Position numbers and translations under genes: made by a program
From: Amphiura filiformis
Lineage: Eukaryota
Reading direction: 5' to 3'
Assembly (NCBI RefSeq): GCF_039555335.1
Contig: NC_092633.1
Location: forward strand, 21,164,334 to 21,228,333
Length of the DNA stretch: 64,000 nt
Shown: positions 49,673 through 61,558 of the stretch, one piece after another
How the letters are laid out: the number at the start of each line of letters is the position of its first letter
Numbering within the stretch: the stretch's first letter is position 1
Notes under the pieces: generated by a model
The model's input: only the letters and a program-made list of their open reading frames with translations
Database searches by the model: none
Told to the model about the DNA's origin: nothing

Positions 49673-50802
49673 CATTCAAAGGACGAAGTCAATTATTTTA
49701 AACTACTGGTCTACTACAATATCGGGGGTTTTTTTTTTTTGGGGGGGGTTGGGTCGCTGCTTCTTTTTTTCCTAGGAAGTCGTCGGGTCAACCAATTCAT
49801 CTCAATCCAAGTATAATGTGCTTCAGGAATGCGAGTCGATTTGGACTATTGTCATTGAGTTATCAATTCTATAGAGACTGTGTAAATACAAACTTATTGT
49901 CCGACATAGAATAATCAGTTTTGCCTGGGTATTTTGAAAGATAACTCATACAGCTGAATTAGTTACATCGCTGAGCTAACTATAGCGATTAGTTTTTAGC
50001 CAATGAGATACCAATACCAATCGCTTAAGGCATGGCGACAGGTAGTGCCTGGGCCGCCGAGTGCTAATATATATTTATTTTGGAAGGTTCGTGTTTGTTT
50101 TAAATTTTGGGGCGTTTTTCCAAAATTTGATATTTTGGTGATATTTCAAAAAAGCGACATGCCAAAGACAAATCTTTTTGCACATACTTTGTTATTGCTA
50201 ATACAACTCTTTTCTGCATACCTACGTTACAATTCGTTTTGGTGATTTAGTAATATTATAAATTTTGTGACTGCATTTTGGCGTTTTCGATGCGATTTTA
50301 GGCTTATACCGTGATTTAACGTTGATATCTGGTCTTGCTCCTTTTATAATTTTACTTTGATCGTCGGCTTTTGTAAATAACAGAATGTAGATTGGCTCTG
50401 AATAAGTCTCGTAGTCCTCTTGGTGGGTTTTTTCATGATATAATTAGTTTGTATTTGCATGTAACACCCCAAAATCGACCTCTGAATTCAGGGTTGAAGG
50501 CTGTTTTCGGAATACCCGTGGACTCAAACAAGTGCACGAGTGGCGACTATGGTTTTATACTTCCCGCATTGATGATTGCGTCTACGCCTAACAATATACT
50601 TCTTTCTATATGTTGACTGTATAGCTGGTATACAAAGAATTGGTTGACCATTTGGTTAGTATAACTTCAGGGATAGACCCTTTATGCGCCTTTCTATCAT
50701 GCAGTATCTTTACCCGCAGACATGTGCCCGTGTCATGTGCCAATATTGCGTAACGTTAAAGGTTAATATATTTCTTTGACTTTGAATAAACTGTGTGATT
50801 CT

Positions 50803-50880
50803 ATGGCCGAGCGGTCTAAGGCGTTGTGGTTTCTTAGTTGCTGTTCTGAGCGTCGCTTGTTCGAAACCGTGCGTCTGTTT
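50803..50880 (+). ncRNA. tRNA-Leu-like Pol III segment (GGCCGAGCGGTCTAAGGCG...GTTCGAAACCG) within duplicate A; the second copy is at 53403-53480
   Basis: The 5' half matches the tRNA-Leu D-arm. The presumed anticodon region differs between copies (TTTCTTAG versus TTTCTAAG) and no cloverleaf forms. It is probably a SINE or pseudogene. A second tRNA-like 3' half (GCCGGGTTCGATTCTCACC) lies at 51215-51250 and 53860-53895. Confidence 0.3.
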
Positions 50881-50924
50881 TATTTATTTTATTTATTTAT
50901 TTAATGACGTTTTGGGGCTCGAGA

Positions 50925-50936
50925 GAACGGACACAC

Positions 50937-50999
<63 letters not shown>

Positions 51000-51010
51000 T
51001 TTTATTTATT
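50925..51010. repeat. (ATTT)n microsatellite; the paralogous copy is at 53640-53672 and (TTTCTTTA)n at 53545-53585
   Basis: Visible directly in the sequence. Confidence 0.9.
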
Positions 51011-52030
51011 TATTTATTTTTTTCGATTGATTATTTGATGATTGAGTGAGCAGATTTATCGATTGCTACTTAGTTAGTTGTGGGACTTCTATTTGATTTT
51101 GATTGACATCGTACATTAGTATTGATTTTTTCCATTAAGCATTATCAAGAATTAATATCACAGGTTTTAGTGCAGATAGGAAGTTGGCTTAGTGATACTA
51201 TCCGTTGATTCAGAACCGGAAGGTGCCGGGTTCGATTCTCACCTATGCCTATTTTTTTAAAGACTTGGAAAATTACTGCAGTAAGTTTATTTGGCGCGCG
51301 ATCTCAGTTATTCATTTTCTGATGGCTGTGCCTCTTACAGACACCCTCCCTCTGGAATCCAAACCACGGTTCGCTCATTACACCTCCCTTAACTCGCGCG
51401 GAGTTATTTTATGACCCTCAGCAGCTGGCGCCCGGAGCTGGCGGAGCATTTATAGACCGGTTCGTTTCACTGCCTGTACAAAATAATTATTTACTTGGTG
51501 TAGACGATGTGTGGTGGATGATAAACAGTGCGTAAGGTCTTTGCAAACTATTTAACCATGGTAACCTGACTTTCTTGGAATTTCTTATAGAGTTATTGCA
51601 TCATTATATTATTATAATACCTCGTACAGAGGAGGCTTAAATACATCCTCAATGCACTATGATTGGGAAATGTGATCAACATAACCTAATTTTAAAGATA
51701 ATCGTAATTTTAAAATTGCAGCGAACGGGCTAATAGTCAAAACTTATATAATTAAATTTGATTTTTTTATAGAAAACATTCATATTGTCCCACTGCATTA
51801 ATTTTTATTCATAAGTCTCAATGTTATGAATGCTAAATAAAAGAATGAACACATTAGATATTTGCACACAATCCCAATGCAGGGTATGGTCATCTGTGCC
51901 ACAAGTGTACAAAAGGCTGACATACCAAGGTCAGAAACCCCGTTGGGTTACGGGAATGTATTTAAACATCATCTGATTATAATAGTTCCCGCTGTCTTTA
52001 ATTCCAGCAAACATTGATAACGTTCCACAG

Positions 52031-52226
52031 GAATGGATAGACTACTATGGTTATTCTTATATTGAAAGATTAATTGAGTTTTATAACAATGTCGGTAATG
52101 GCGGCAGCAGCAGCAGCAGTTATGACGGCGGCGACGATTTTTACTATTATTATCAAGATTACTACTACAGCAGTTATGACGGCGGCGACGATTTTTACTA
52201 TTATTATCAAGATTACTACTACGATG
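52031..52226 (+). CDS. Candidate exon encoding a Tyr/Asp/Gly/Ser-rich low-complexity peptide (EWIDYYGYSYIERLIEFYNNVGNGGSSSSSYDGGDDFYYYYQDYYYSSYDGGDDFYYYYQDYYYD). It contains a perfect 54-bp tandem duplication at 52116-52223.
   Basis: The open frame runs from 51986 to 52259 with no ATG. A plausible acceptor 'gataacgttccacag|GAA' and a strong donor 'TACGATG|gtaagtat' bracket it. It could equally be a minisatellite. Confidence 0.2.
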
Positions 52227-54334
52227 GTAAGTATGCTTATTTGTGTAACTAGTAAAGAAGAGGCCGCTTGTCCAACGCTTGATTTAATAAGTGGCGGATG
52301 TAGAAAACGTACATAATTGTCGCGAAGCGGCAATCGCGACGATGTGGTGTCTGAGAGGGATGTAGAAGTGAGAAACTTTTACAAAACGAAGGCTCAATTG
52401 AAGCCATTTTTAGTGGGCCATTTTGGTATTATTATTGTGTACAATTTTAGTTTGAAAAAGCCGAACATTTGTGAAGTAAAGGTCGAATTAAAGCCATTCG
52501 TGGAAAAGTTCTTACTATTATACAAATTATTGCTCCTAGACCATTAAGGCGTGGGCCGTGGGGTATGAGCGACCTTGAAGTACAGGTATCTGGAGAAGGG
52601 AAGCAACGAGTTACCCCAAATCACAGCGACAGGTAGTGACTTGGCCGCCGAGTGTTAATATATATTTATTTTGGAAGGTTTGTGTTTGTTTTAAATTTTG
52701 GGGCGTTTTTCCAAAATTTGATGTTTTTGGTGATATTTCAAAAAAGCGACATGCCAAAGACAAATCTTTTTGCACATACTTTGTTATTGCTAATACAGCT
52801 CTTTTCTGCATACCTACGTTACGATTCGTTTTGGTAATTTAGTAATATTATACATTTTGTGACTGCATGTTGGCGTTTTCGATGCGATTTTAGGCTTACC
52901 GTGATTTAACGTTGATATCTGGTCTTGCTCCTTTTATAATTTCACTTTGATCGTCGGCTTTTGTAAATAACAGAATGTAGATTGGTCTGAATAAGTCTTG
53001 TAGTCCTCTTGGTGGGTTTTTTCATGATATATTTAGTTTGTATTTGCATGTAACAACCCAAAACCGACCTCTGATTTCAGGGTTGAAGGCTGTTTTCGGA
53101 ATTTCCGTGGACTCAAACAAGTGCACGAGTGGCGACTATGGTTTTATACTTCCCGCATTGATGATTGCGTCTACGCCTAACAATATACTTCTTTTTTATA
53201 TGTTGACTGTAGCTGGTATAACACTGGTATACAAAGAATTGGTTACATGTCAATGACCATTAACTTCAGGGATAGACCCTTAGATTATTTATGCGCCTTT
53301 CTATCATGCAGTATCTTTACCCGCAGACATGTGCCCGTGTCATGTGCCAATATTGCGTAACATTAAAGGTTAATACATTTCTTTGACTTCGAAGAAACTG
53401 TGTGATTCTATGGCCTAGCGGTCTAAGGCGCTGTGGTTTCTAAGTTGCTGTTCTTGGCGTCGCTTGTTCGAAACCGTGCGTCTGTCACTTTTCTTATGCT
53501 GCTTTATTTTTCCAACGTTAGGGCCTAGAACAACTAATTTATAATTTCTTTATTTCTTTATTTCTTTATTTCTTTATTTCTTTATTTCTTTTTTTTTTAA
53601 ATTTATTTAATGACGTTTTGGGGCTCGAGAGAACGGACACATTTATTTATTTATTTATTTATTTATTTATTTTTCGATTGATTATTTGATGAGTGAGTGA
53701 GCAGATTTATCGATTGCTACTTTAGTTGTGGGATTTCTATTTGATTTTGAATGACATCGTACATTAGTATTGATTTTTTCCGTTAAGCATTATAAGCATT
53801 ATCAAGAATTAATATGACAGGTTTTAGTGCAGATAGAAATTTGGCTTAGTGATACTATCCGTTGATTCAGAACCGGAAGGTGCCGGGTTCGATTCCCACC
53901 TATGCCTATTTTTTAAAGACTTGGAAAATTTCTGCAGTAAGTTTATTTGGCGCGCGATCTCAGTTATTCATTTTCTGATGGCTGTGCCTCTTACAGACAC
54001 CCTCCCTCTGGAATCCAAACCACGGTTCGCTCTTTACACTCCCTTAAGCGTAGGGTGTCCAAAGCAGAAACGAAACGGGCGACTTGTATGCATACGTTGG
54101 GGACGTCTGAGGGGATGTTCCCCCTGAAAAATGAGAAACTTTTGCAAACCGAAGGCCCAAGTTGGCCCAATGTTGTAGGCCCACGTTGGAAAAAAACCAC
54201 AGTGCACATTTTAATCTTTAATGCTCTGGGTAAAAATTAAAATTTGTTCATCATATCAACCTAGTATATAATGCTCATCACAATGTGACTTTGTATATTT
54301 CTTATAAAAATATACAGTTCTGATGCCTTCCGAT

Positions 54335-54412
54335 AGGAACACAACACGTTGGCACGAGCGGGACTCGAACTCGCAACCTATCGATTATGAGTCGGGCGCC
54401 TTATCCACTCGA
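54335..54412 (-). ncRNA. tRNA-Met-like sequence (anticodon loop CTCATAA, T-loop GGTTGCGAGTTCGAGTCCCGC), probably a pseudogene
   Basis: The minus strand reads '...GGTCGAGTGGATAAGGCGCCCGACTCATAATCGATAGGTTGCGAGTTCGAGTCCCGCTCGTGCCA'. The D-arm and anticodon loop are good. The acceptor stem is unpaired and the T-stem has an A-C mismatch. Confidence 0.3.
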
Positions 54413-55477
54413 CCAATCTCTCTTGGGAAAAAAAAGATAATTTGCTTTTTGGGGTTAGTCCTAACTATATTGTTTTGGATTTGATTCTAATTTTATGCAG
54501 ATTTCATATCAAATGAAAATGAAAGAAAACAACCCTTCGATCCACATTTTCAAAAAAGAACTGAAAAATCATTATAAATTAGAAAAATATATTAACATAT
54601 GTAGTAATAATATTCGTTTATTCTATAAAAGATGGTGTATTTTCAATTCACTTTAAAGAGAATAAGATCTAGGCCCTTAAACACACAGAGAGGTTTTTAC
54701 ATGGGGGTGTGTAGGGATAGAACCTCGTAATGTGAGGTTCTGTACTCATGGTACTTGCATAGCGTTGTGTGAGAGTTTCTCTGTGTATATAAAATTATAT
54801 TTTATCATGTTTATCATTGTGTATCACGTGTATTATTAATGTTTACCTCTGTTTAAACTTACATTATTTTTCCTCTGAAAAAAGGGAATTTTTTTTTGTC
54901 AAAATCAACTCAAAATCAATGGATGATTTTGCAAGCCACAATAGAAATATCGATTAGTTCTGCTGGTTATGTTAGAAATGAAGTACTAAGTTGGACATTT
55001 TGGCAGTTGCAAGTAAATAAACGTGAAATCAAAACGGATATTCCGACAAAACTCTAATATATAGACCCACACGATGTGTCTTACAGAGGTGGGAAATAAT
55101 GTATCTTTCTTTAGCAAACTATATTAGTTTGAAATGCTAAAAATGAATTCGAAAAAAGCTCGCGGCCGAAGTTAAGGCCTATTAAAAATCAAACATTTTT
55201 CACTAAAAGACACAATTTCATACCTAATTTTAAGACCAGGATTTTTTCTACTAAATGTATATCCAAGCACTATGTTTTAACTGACATTTCTGAAGGAAAG
55301 AAAAATATTGCTTTATATTTGACCGAGAAAATAAATTTCATAGCAAAAAGGTGTATCTCTGAATTGTGCTGATTTCAACATTGTATCGATCGACTTTTAG
55401 CGCGACTATGTATAACAAAAGAAGCTGTGACTAAAGTTCTGCCTGTCAACAACAACGTTGATGTTTCTTTACCTTAG

Positions 55478-55756
55478 GACTGTTTAAAGCAGAATTGGAG
55501 TGTTACCTTAGCCCTGCTGGTATTGATTATCGTGGTACCATGTCGACGGACATTGACGGTGCAGAATGCCTGATATGGGACGATACGTCGCAGCAATATA
55601 ATTCACTTAATTTTCTATACGCCGGGCTCGGTTCTCACAACTACTGCCGCAATCCGGATCAAGACCCTACTGGACCGTGGTGCCTCGTAGCAAATGAAAA
55701 CGGATACCAATATTGCGATATTGGTACCCGGACTGAGACTTTTTGCGACTGGTTAG
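55478..55756 (+). CDS. Kringle-domain exon, phase 1-1 (..ELECYLSPAGIDYRGTMSTDIDGAECLIWDDTSQQYNSLNFLYAGLGSHNYCRNPDQDPTGPWCLVANENGYQYCDIGTRTETFCDW)
   Basis: The kringle signature is present: C-x-x-x-x-G-x-x-YRGT-x-S-x-T ... NYCRNPD ... PWC ... YCDI ... C. The acceptor is 'tttaccttag|GA' and the donor 'TGGTTAG|gtaagatc'. Position is anchored to ORF 55495-55779. Confidence 0.8.
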
Positions 55757-57529
55757 GTAAGATCGAATTTGCTTATTAATTTTTTTCCAATGCGCATTTT
55801 TGCCCCGGGATTTTTACATTGGCCCGAGCTATATAACTTCATCCCGGAGGTGGGGCATGCACTGAAAACTGAATGTGCGATCGTGCGGGCACTGCGCATT
55901 AACCTCTTTTTGAACTCTTATCGCCCAATCATCTCGATTCGCCTTTAAGTTAAAAAGAATTTCATTCTAGTCATTGCTAGTGAAAGAAACCTAGATTTTG
56001 TCATTGTCAATGCGCATACCATCAATGCGTACTCTCGACAAATTACCGATGGCCAATGATTATTTTTGCAAATCAACGCATAACCAAGTCGAAACAAGAG
56101 GTGTTTTTATTACAATTTTAAATAAATATAGATTAACAATCGAAAAGTGTTCTAATCATTATTAGTCCCACAATATCAATCCAGAGGATGACAGGTCATT
56201 AGTTCTCACCTGCTTTCTTAATTATTCATTTAACCTTATGATTTCAACAAATGTACCAATCTTCAAATGTTTGGTCAGAACTTCATCAGGAGACTGGTAT
56301 TAAGGAAGGTTTTTTTATTTCAAACTCTAATCGTGACCCGCAGGTCAAATTGCTAGAATTGTACATTAAACACACCTAAACAGACACAATGCAATTTGCA
56401 GGCAGCAGTTTAATCAGCGCCAATATTGCAACATTGAAACAAACAACTATACAAACATCCAATCCAACCCAACCCAACCACATCCCCCAAGTTAAACCCA
56501 AGTTCGGAATCGGTGACCTTTTGGACACTTGACCCCAAAACTTATCGGTTTGTCTCTGATAAAGGAAGTAATGTACTGCTTCTTTCTTCTCGGTTTTGTC
56601 TTTGGTTGAGACAAGTAACTGCCTCAGAGTTTGATGGTTTAAAACAACCTCTGGTTCCATAACCGCCGAAAATCCTTCGTAGGGCTTGTGCCCGGGGCTT
56701 GTGCCCTCCAGATCTGAAGGCACTGCTACCAAAGCCATTTGTAGTCATAAGAGCTACCCGCTCCAGCTTGTCCGGGTCCATGTCTTGCCATGCTCTCACA
56801 GTACCAGTTTCTAGAACCACATCTACTGGCAGAACCTTCGTCCATACTGCAGTCCACCTTTGGAGTAGTCAGAGACATATCTGACAACGGCGCACCACCC
56901 TTCAAGAGCAGAGTGCATAAGCATCTTATTTCTCGTGTCTGATGGTTTGCTGTACCCTTTCATTCTTGTTGTCCCTAAGCTGCTGTGAACCACTGGCATG
57001 ACTGGTCCGATCACTAAGTGTGTTGTCCTGTTCCAAACGAGCTAGAATAATTCTCAACGCTTTGTAAACGGGTGCCGAGGTCAAAAGAACTGTGACATAT
57101 CTTAATATCGTAATTCTTCGTCCTCCTCAACTATTTATTTCTTTATTCGCTCAGCGCATTGGCGACGTGGTCGTGGCTAACAATTTTATACAATCACGTG
57201 ATTGTCCCGATGCTGATCACAATGCATGGTTTAAGCGGAATGTCGTTCTTGTGGACTTGCGCAACTCATAAAATTTGGGTTGGTTTTCGGTGGTAGGTAA
57301 CAAATGTTTATACTCAACTCTGTTAATACCACCCTCTTTCTCAATTTCAAGAAGTACATATGTTAATTGTTTCTTGTTCTTACTGCACTGTTTGGATCCT
57401 TTTTACCAAAGTCCATCTTGGTATACACCTAGGTTTCATTATCATTGAGGTATAGGACTTTTTATTTTTTCGGAGAAGAGCAGGTAAGGCAACTACTTGA
57501 TTATATTTCTACATGTTCATACTACATAC

Positions 57530-57705
57530 TCTGAAAATTTTAGAAAATTCGCACGAGTCCGTTTTTTTAAATCACATTTTGTTCCTAAAATGGGGGTCAT
57601 AGCGCCCTCAACGGGCACTCTCTCCATAGGGCTACATGTAAAGACCAGTTATAGACAAATGGCCCTAAAATAAAACGGACTCGTGCGAATTTCCTCAAAT
57701 TTTGC
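57530..57705. mobile_element. MITE of about 175 bp in the inter-kringle intron
   Basis: TIR 'GAAAATTCGCACGAGTCCGTTTTT' is mirrored by 'AAAACGGACTCGTGCGAATTTCC'. Confidence 0.6.
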
Positions 57706-58487
57706 ATATGATGTATATTTAACATCTGGAATGTAATGCAAGTGATGTCGTTGCTGCTCTTCTAAATTCATTTTTAAAATGTCCGCCCCAGACCAAGGTG
57801 TATATTTTGGTGTCACTAAGAAGTTTCTCACACGTGCTATGGTATTCTTCGCTATTATATTCTTCGCTAATATGGATTGATTTTCTGAAGCTGTTGCACA
57901 GCTTTCCTCTCCCCTTAGAAAGGTTAGGGCGGCTTAAAAGGTTGACTACGTTAGCTTTCAGGCTAGTCGCACCTGGTGGTAGTTTGCGACATGTTGGTTT
58001 GGAAGATGTAACCATGGTAACAATGTCAGCAACATGTATTCCTAACTTGGGTTGCCGGTCTCCTGATGAAGGGCATAATTTGAGGTACGTCTTAATTTTG
58101 TGTTGAGATCATAGTCTACCAACACAAATGAATTTCCATGCTACCTGCTATCTTAGTTTGCATATTTCAAGCGCACATAATACCATCAAATGATCATTAT
58201 AATGTTATATATTTATGAATCCTGCTTAGGCTGTTAAAGTGACCGGGTATATATAAATAATAAATTTCGGATTTGTATAGCGCCTTTTTCCCGATCTTTC
58301 TCTGCCGTGGTGAATCATCACAATCAGATCGCATCAACTGCCGCAGACCTATCCGCACTTAGATTGTAACATCCACCAATTTTCAATGCATCTCCACAAA
58401 TTCCATTGGGTGAAGGAAGTTTCTTTTTATAACCAAACAACTAATCACCGATTTTTCTTTTGACATTCAATATTTCTTAATGAACAG

Positions 58488-58736
58488 TCAGAGTAGACCC
58501 GGAGTGTTTCATAGAAACTACAGGTGAGGATTATCGTGGTGATGTTTCAACTGCGAGCGGTACACCCTGCATTGTATGGAATGTCTTCACCCTTCAAACT
58601 CTCGGGGGTCTTGGTAATCACAACTCCTGTCGCAATCCGGATGGAGACCCGGACGGAGCGTGGTGCTTTACATCCTTGGAGGGTGGATATGATTATTGTG
58701 ACATTGGTACGGCAAGTAACGAGTGCGCGGTAATAG
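58488..58736 (+). CDS. Second kringle-domain exon, phase 1-1 (..VDPECFIETTGEDYRGDVSTASGTPCIVWNVFTLQTLGGLGNHNSCRNPDGDPDGAWCFTSLEGGYDYCDIGTASNECAVI)
   Basis: It has the same motif set. The acceptor is 'aatgaacag|TC' and the donor 'GTAATAG|gtaagatc', matching the first kringle donor 'TAG|gtaagatc'. ORF 58524-58733 is an off-frame artefact. Confidence 0.8.
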
Positions 58737-58804
58737 GTAAGATCTCAGACAAAATATGCAAGTGTATGGCTCATTATTGAAGAGATTCATCAGGAATACA
58801 ATAT

Positions 58805-61558
58805 TCAAATTTCAAAGTTTTTCTTAGTAAAATTCCAATAAAAAACTCACGTTTTCCAGACAGTTTCGGCAATCCACTCTGTTGCCTTTATCAATGGTGT
58901 ATGCCAATCGATCCTTTGGTGGATGGTATGACGTCATCGGAAGATGATGACGCCACTGAATCAATTCGTCGGGTGCATCACATACTGGTCTATCTTGAAT
59001 TTTTGACTTTTCTGAGAAAATTGGTATATAGTTCTTTTTTACGAAGCTCTTCTAATTCAACAAATTACAGACCTCAATTTTTCCTAAATAATTAGTTATA
59101 AAATATTAAATTTGAACTATCTATGATTTTTACAAAATACGTTTTTCACATACTGATCTATCTCGAAAAAACACGCATTTATAGAAAATCTCAATTGAAA
59201 ATCTGCGTATTAAGTTTACCTTTCTATAATTTAATTAGATTATGGATTTTCATGAATGTGGTTTTAAATTAAAGCATATCCTTAACAGATTTATTTAAGT
59301 GGAATCTTTAATTATATTTACGTATGCAATATTGCTTAAAACTACACATAAGTTGTAGTTCTGTATGTGAAATAGTTAATTTCCCGATATCGTATTTAAA
59401 GTGCATTACATACTGGTCTATCTCGATAAGCTTCGAGATAGACCAGTATGTGATGCGTCTAAAGTCACGTCACCGATCGCGAACTTGAGATAGCCCACAA
59501 GATAGACCAGTATGTGATGCACTTTAAATACGTTATAGGGAAATTAACTATTTCACATACAGAACTACAACTTTAGTGAAGTTTTAAGCAATATTGCATA
59601 CGTAAATATAATTCAAGATTCCACTTAAATACTTCTTATAAGTATATGATTTAATTTAAAACCACTTTCATGAAAATCCATAGTCTTATTAAATAATAGA
59701 AAAGTAAACTTAATACGAAGATTTTCAATTGCGTTTTTCTCGAAACAAGTGTTTTTCGAGATAGACCAGTATGTGATGCGTCCGACGAATTGGTCATAAA
59801 CGTGACTCAGTTGGTAGGCCCCTCGTCGCCGTTCATTAGGTTCTCTTTCATTACTCCGATGATGAAAAGACCTATGAAAAACTTGATAAAGACCCAACAC
59901 CTAGATTTAAGCGCAAATTAGTAGGTATGCTTTCAGAGCTTAAAAAAGAGAAAAAGATCACTGAGGAGCAATAATAAAGATTTATACCCCAAAACAGAAA
60001 ACATCCCCCGGGTATACGCTACTCCAAAAATTCATGAGCCGAATGTGCCGCTCCGTCCAATAGTGGATTATACGGGGTCGATCGGGTATGCGACGTCACG
60101 AGCATTAGCGGACATCCTGTCCCCCCTTGTAGGAAATACCCACAGCATGTAAAAAATTTCGCAAGATCTCGCTGAAGAAATGACTGTAATTTACATTGAG
60201 GAGTGCTGTTTTATAGTATGAGCTTGGAACGGTCCATGGATTTCCCATGGATTAGCATGTGTCCCTCACGGACCAACCTGGGTAAACAAACAAACAAACA
60301 AACAAACAAACAAGATGAAGTGTTCGTATCACACGACGTTGTATCACTATTTACTAACGTTCCCATCCCCAAAGCGCTTGAAATTGTGAAACAGAGATTA
60401 ACTAATGACAAAGCCCTTGCTACACGCACTAACCTCTCGGTTGAATGATGACATTATGAATTTGCTCGAGTTCATCCTGGCTACTTCTATATCGGGATCA
60501 GTTGTACAGCCAAACATTTTGGGCGGCTATGGGCAGCCCAGTTTCCCCGATTATCTCTAACATTGTCATGGAACACTTAGAACTTAGTAACGGCTCCCAT
60601 TAATTGTAAACCGAGACTGTTCAAGAGATATGTAGATGACATTTTAGAAATTGTCAAGAAAGACTCAGAAAAACTACTCACTGAGCATCTCAACAAAGTG
60701 GATGAAAGATGGAGGAAAGCGGGTCTATACCATTTCTGGACACCCTTATAGTGCGTAAGCCAGACGGCAGTGTCAAACTTTTGGTTTACAGAAATGCAAC
60801 GCACACAGACTGAACTTCAATTCCGCCCACCCATTACATCAAAAACTAGGGGTTGTGAGAACTTTATTGGACAGAAAAGACAAAATTGTAACTGAACAGG
60901 AGGACAAGAAAATAGAGGAAGAACACATAAGGAAAGCGCTACCCCAACTGATTGATAAGGTTAAAAAGGAAAAACAGCAACCCAAGAAAAAGACCACCAA
61001 TAAGACATCTGAGAACAAAACTAGGATCAATGTTACGCTCCCCTATATTGAGGGAATTACGGAGCGTGTTCAACGAATCTTACGCATCCACAACAGCGCA
61101 TCCACAACATCGCGTCGTCAGTGAAACCTCACACTAGTTTAATACGGCTTTTAGTCCATCCTAAGCACAAGGTTGCTACGGACGACAAAACTGGCGTCAT
61201 ATATGAAATTGCTGGCCACAATTGCCAAAAAACTTATGTAGGTACTCGAAAAAAGGAGCATAAAGTTGAATCTGAAAAAAGGCTAGTAAAGGTAAAGAAA
61301 ATCATATCATAAACTGGGACAATTCAAAAATCCTTGCTATGGACGACACCAGAAACACCAGATAGGGAGTCGATCTGGGTTACGTTTATGACCAATTGAT
61401 TCAGAAGGCGTCATCATCTTCCGATGACGTCATACCATCCACCAAAGGATCGATTGGCATACACCATTGATAAAGGCAACAGAGTGGATTGCCAAAACTG
61501 TCTGGAAAACGTGAGGTTTTTATTGGAATTTTACTAAGAAAAACTTGGAAATCTGTAT
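58805..61558 (+). mobile_element. Degenerate Penelope-like element (PLE): RT plus GIY-YIG endonuclease, flanked by terminal inverted repeats of about 190 bp (pLTR-like), with an internal 2 x 350-bp inverted repeat at 59090-59790
   Basis: RT motifs are read with frameshifts and stops between about 59990 and 61120: 'LPKIHEPNVPLRPIVDYTGS', 'DEVFVSHDVVSLFTNVPI' and 'RYVDDILEI'. The GIY-YIG motif 'GVIYEIAGHNCQKTYVGTRKK' is in ORF 61121-61312. Terminal IRs at 58805-58995 and 61380-61558 are inverted; ORFs 58901 and 61401 both begin MPIDPLVDGMTSSEDDDA. Confidence 0.75.

Larger units (their letters stand above)
50018..54250. repeat. Tandem segmental duplication of about 2.6 kb in two copies: A 50018-51430, spacer B 51430-52636, A' 52636-54065, partial B' 54065-54250
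   Basis: ORF pairs 50003 with 52652, 50392 with 53038, and 51205 with 53849 are near-identical. The offsets are 2600-2645 bp. 54120-54200 matches 52365-52410. Confidence 0.85.

Noticed and set aside
56376-57014. Cluster of overlapping minus-strand ORFs (120 aa, 92 aa and 63 aa) in the intron between the kringle exons
   Set aside because: No recognisable domain motif and no clean splice-site bracketing. They may be a decayed transposon ORF, so they are left unassigned.
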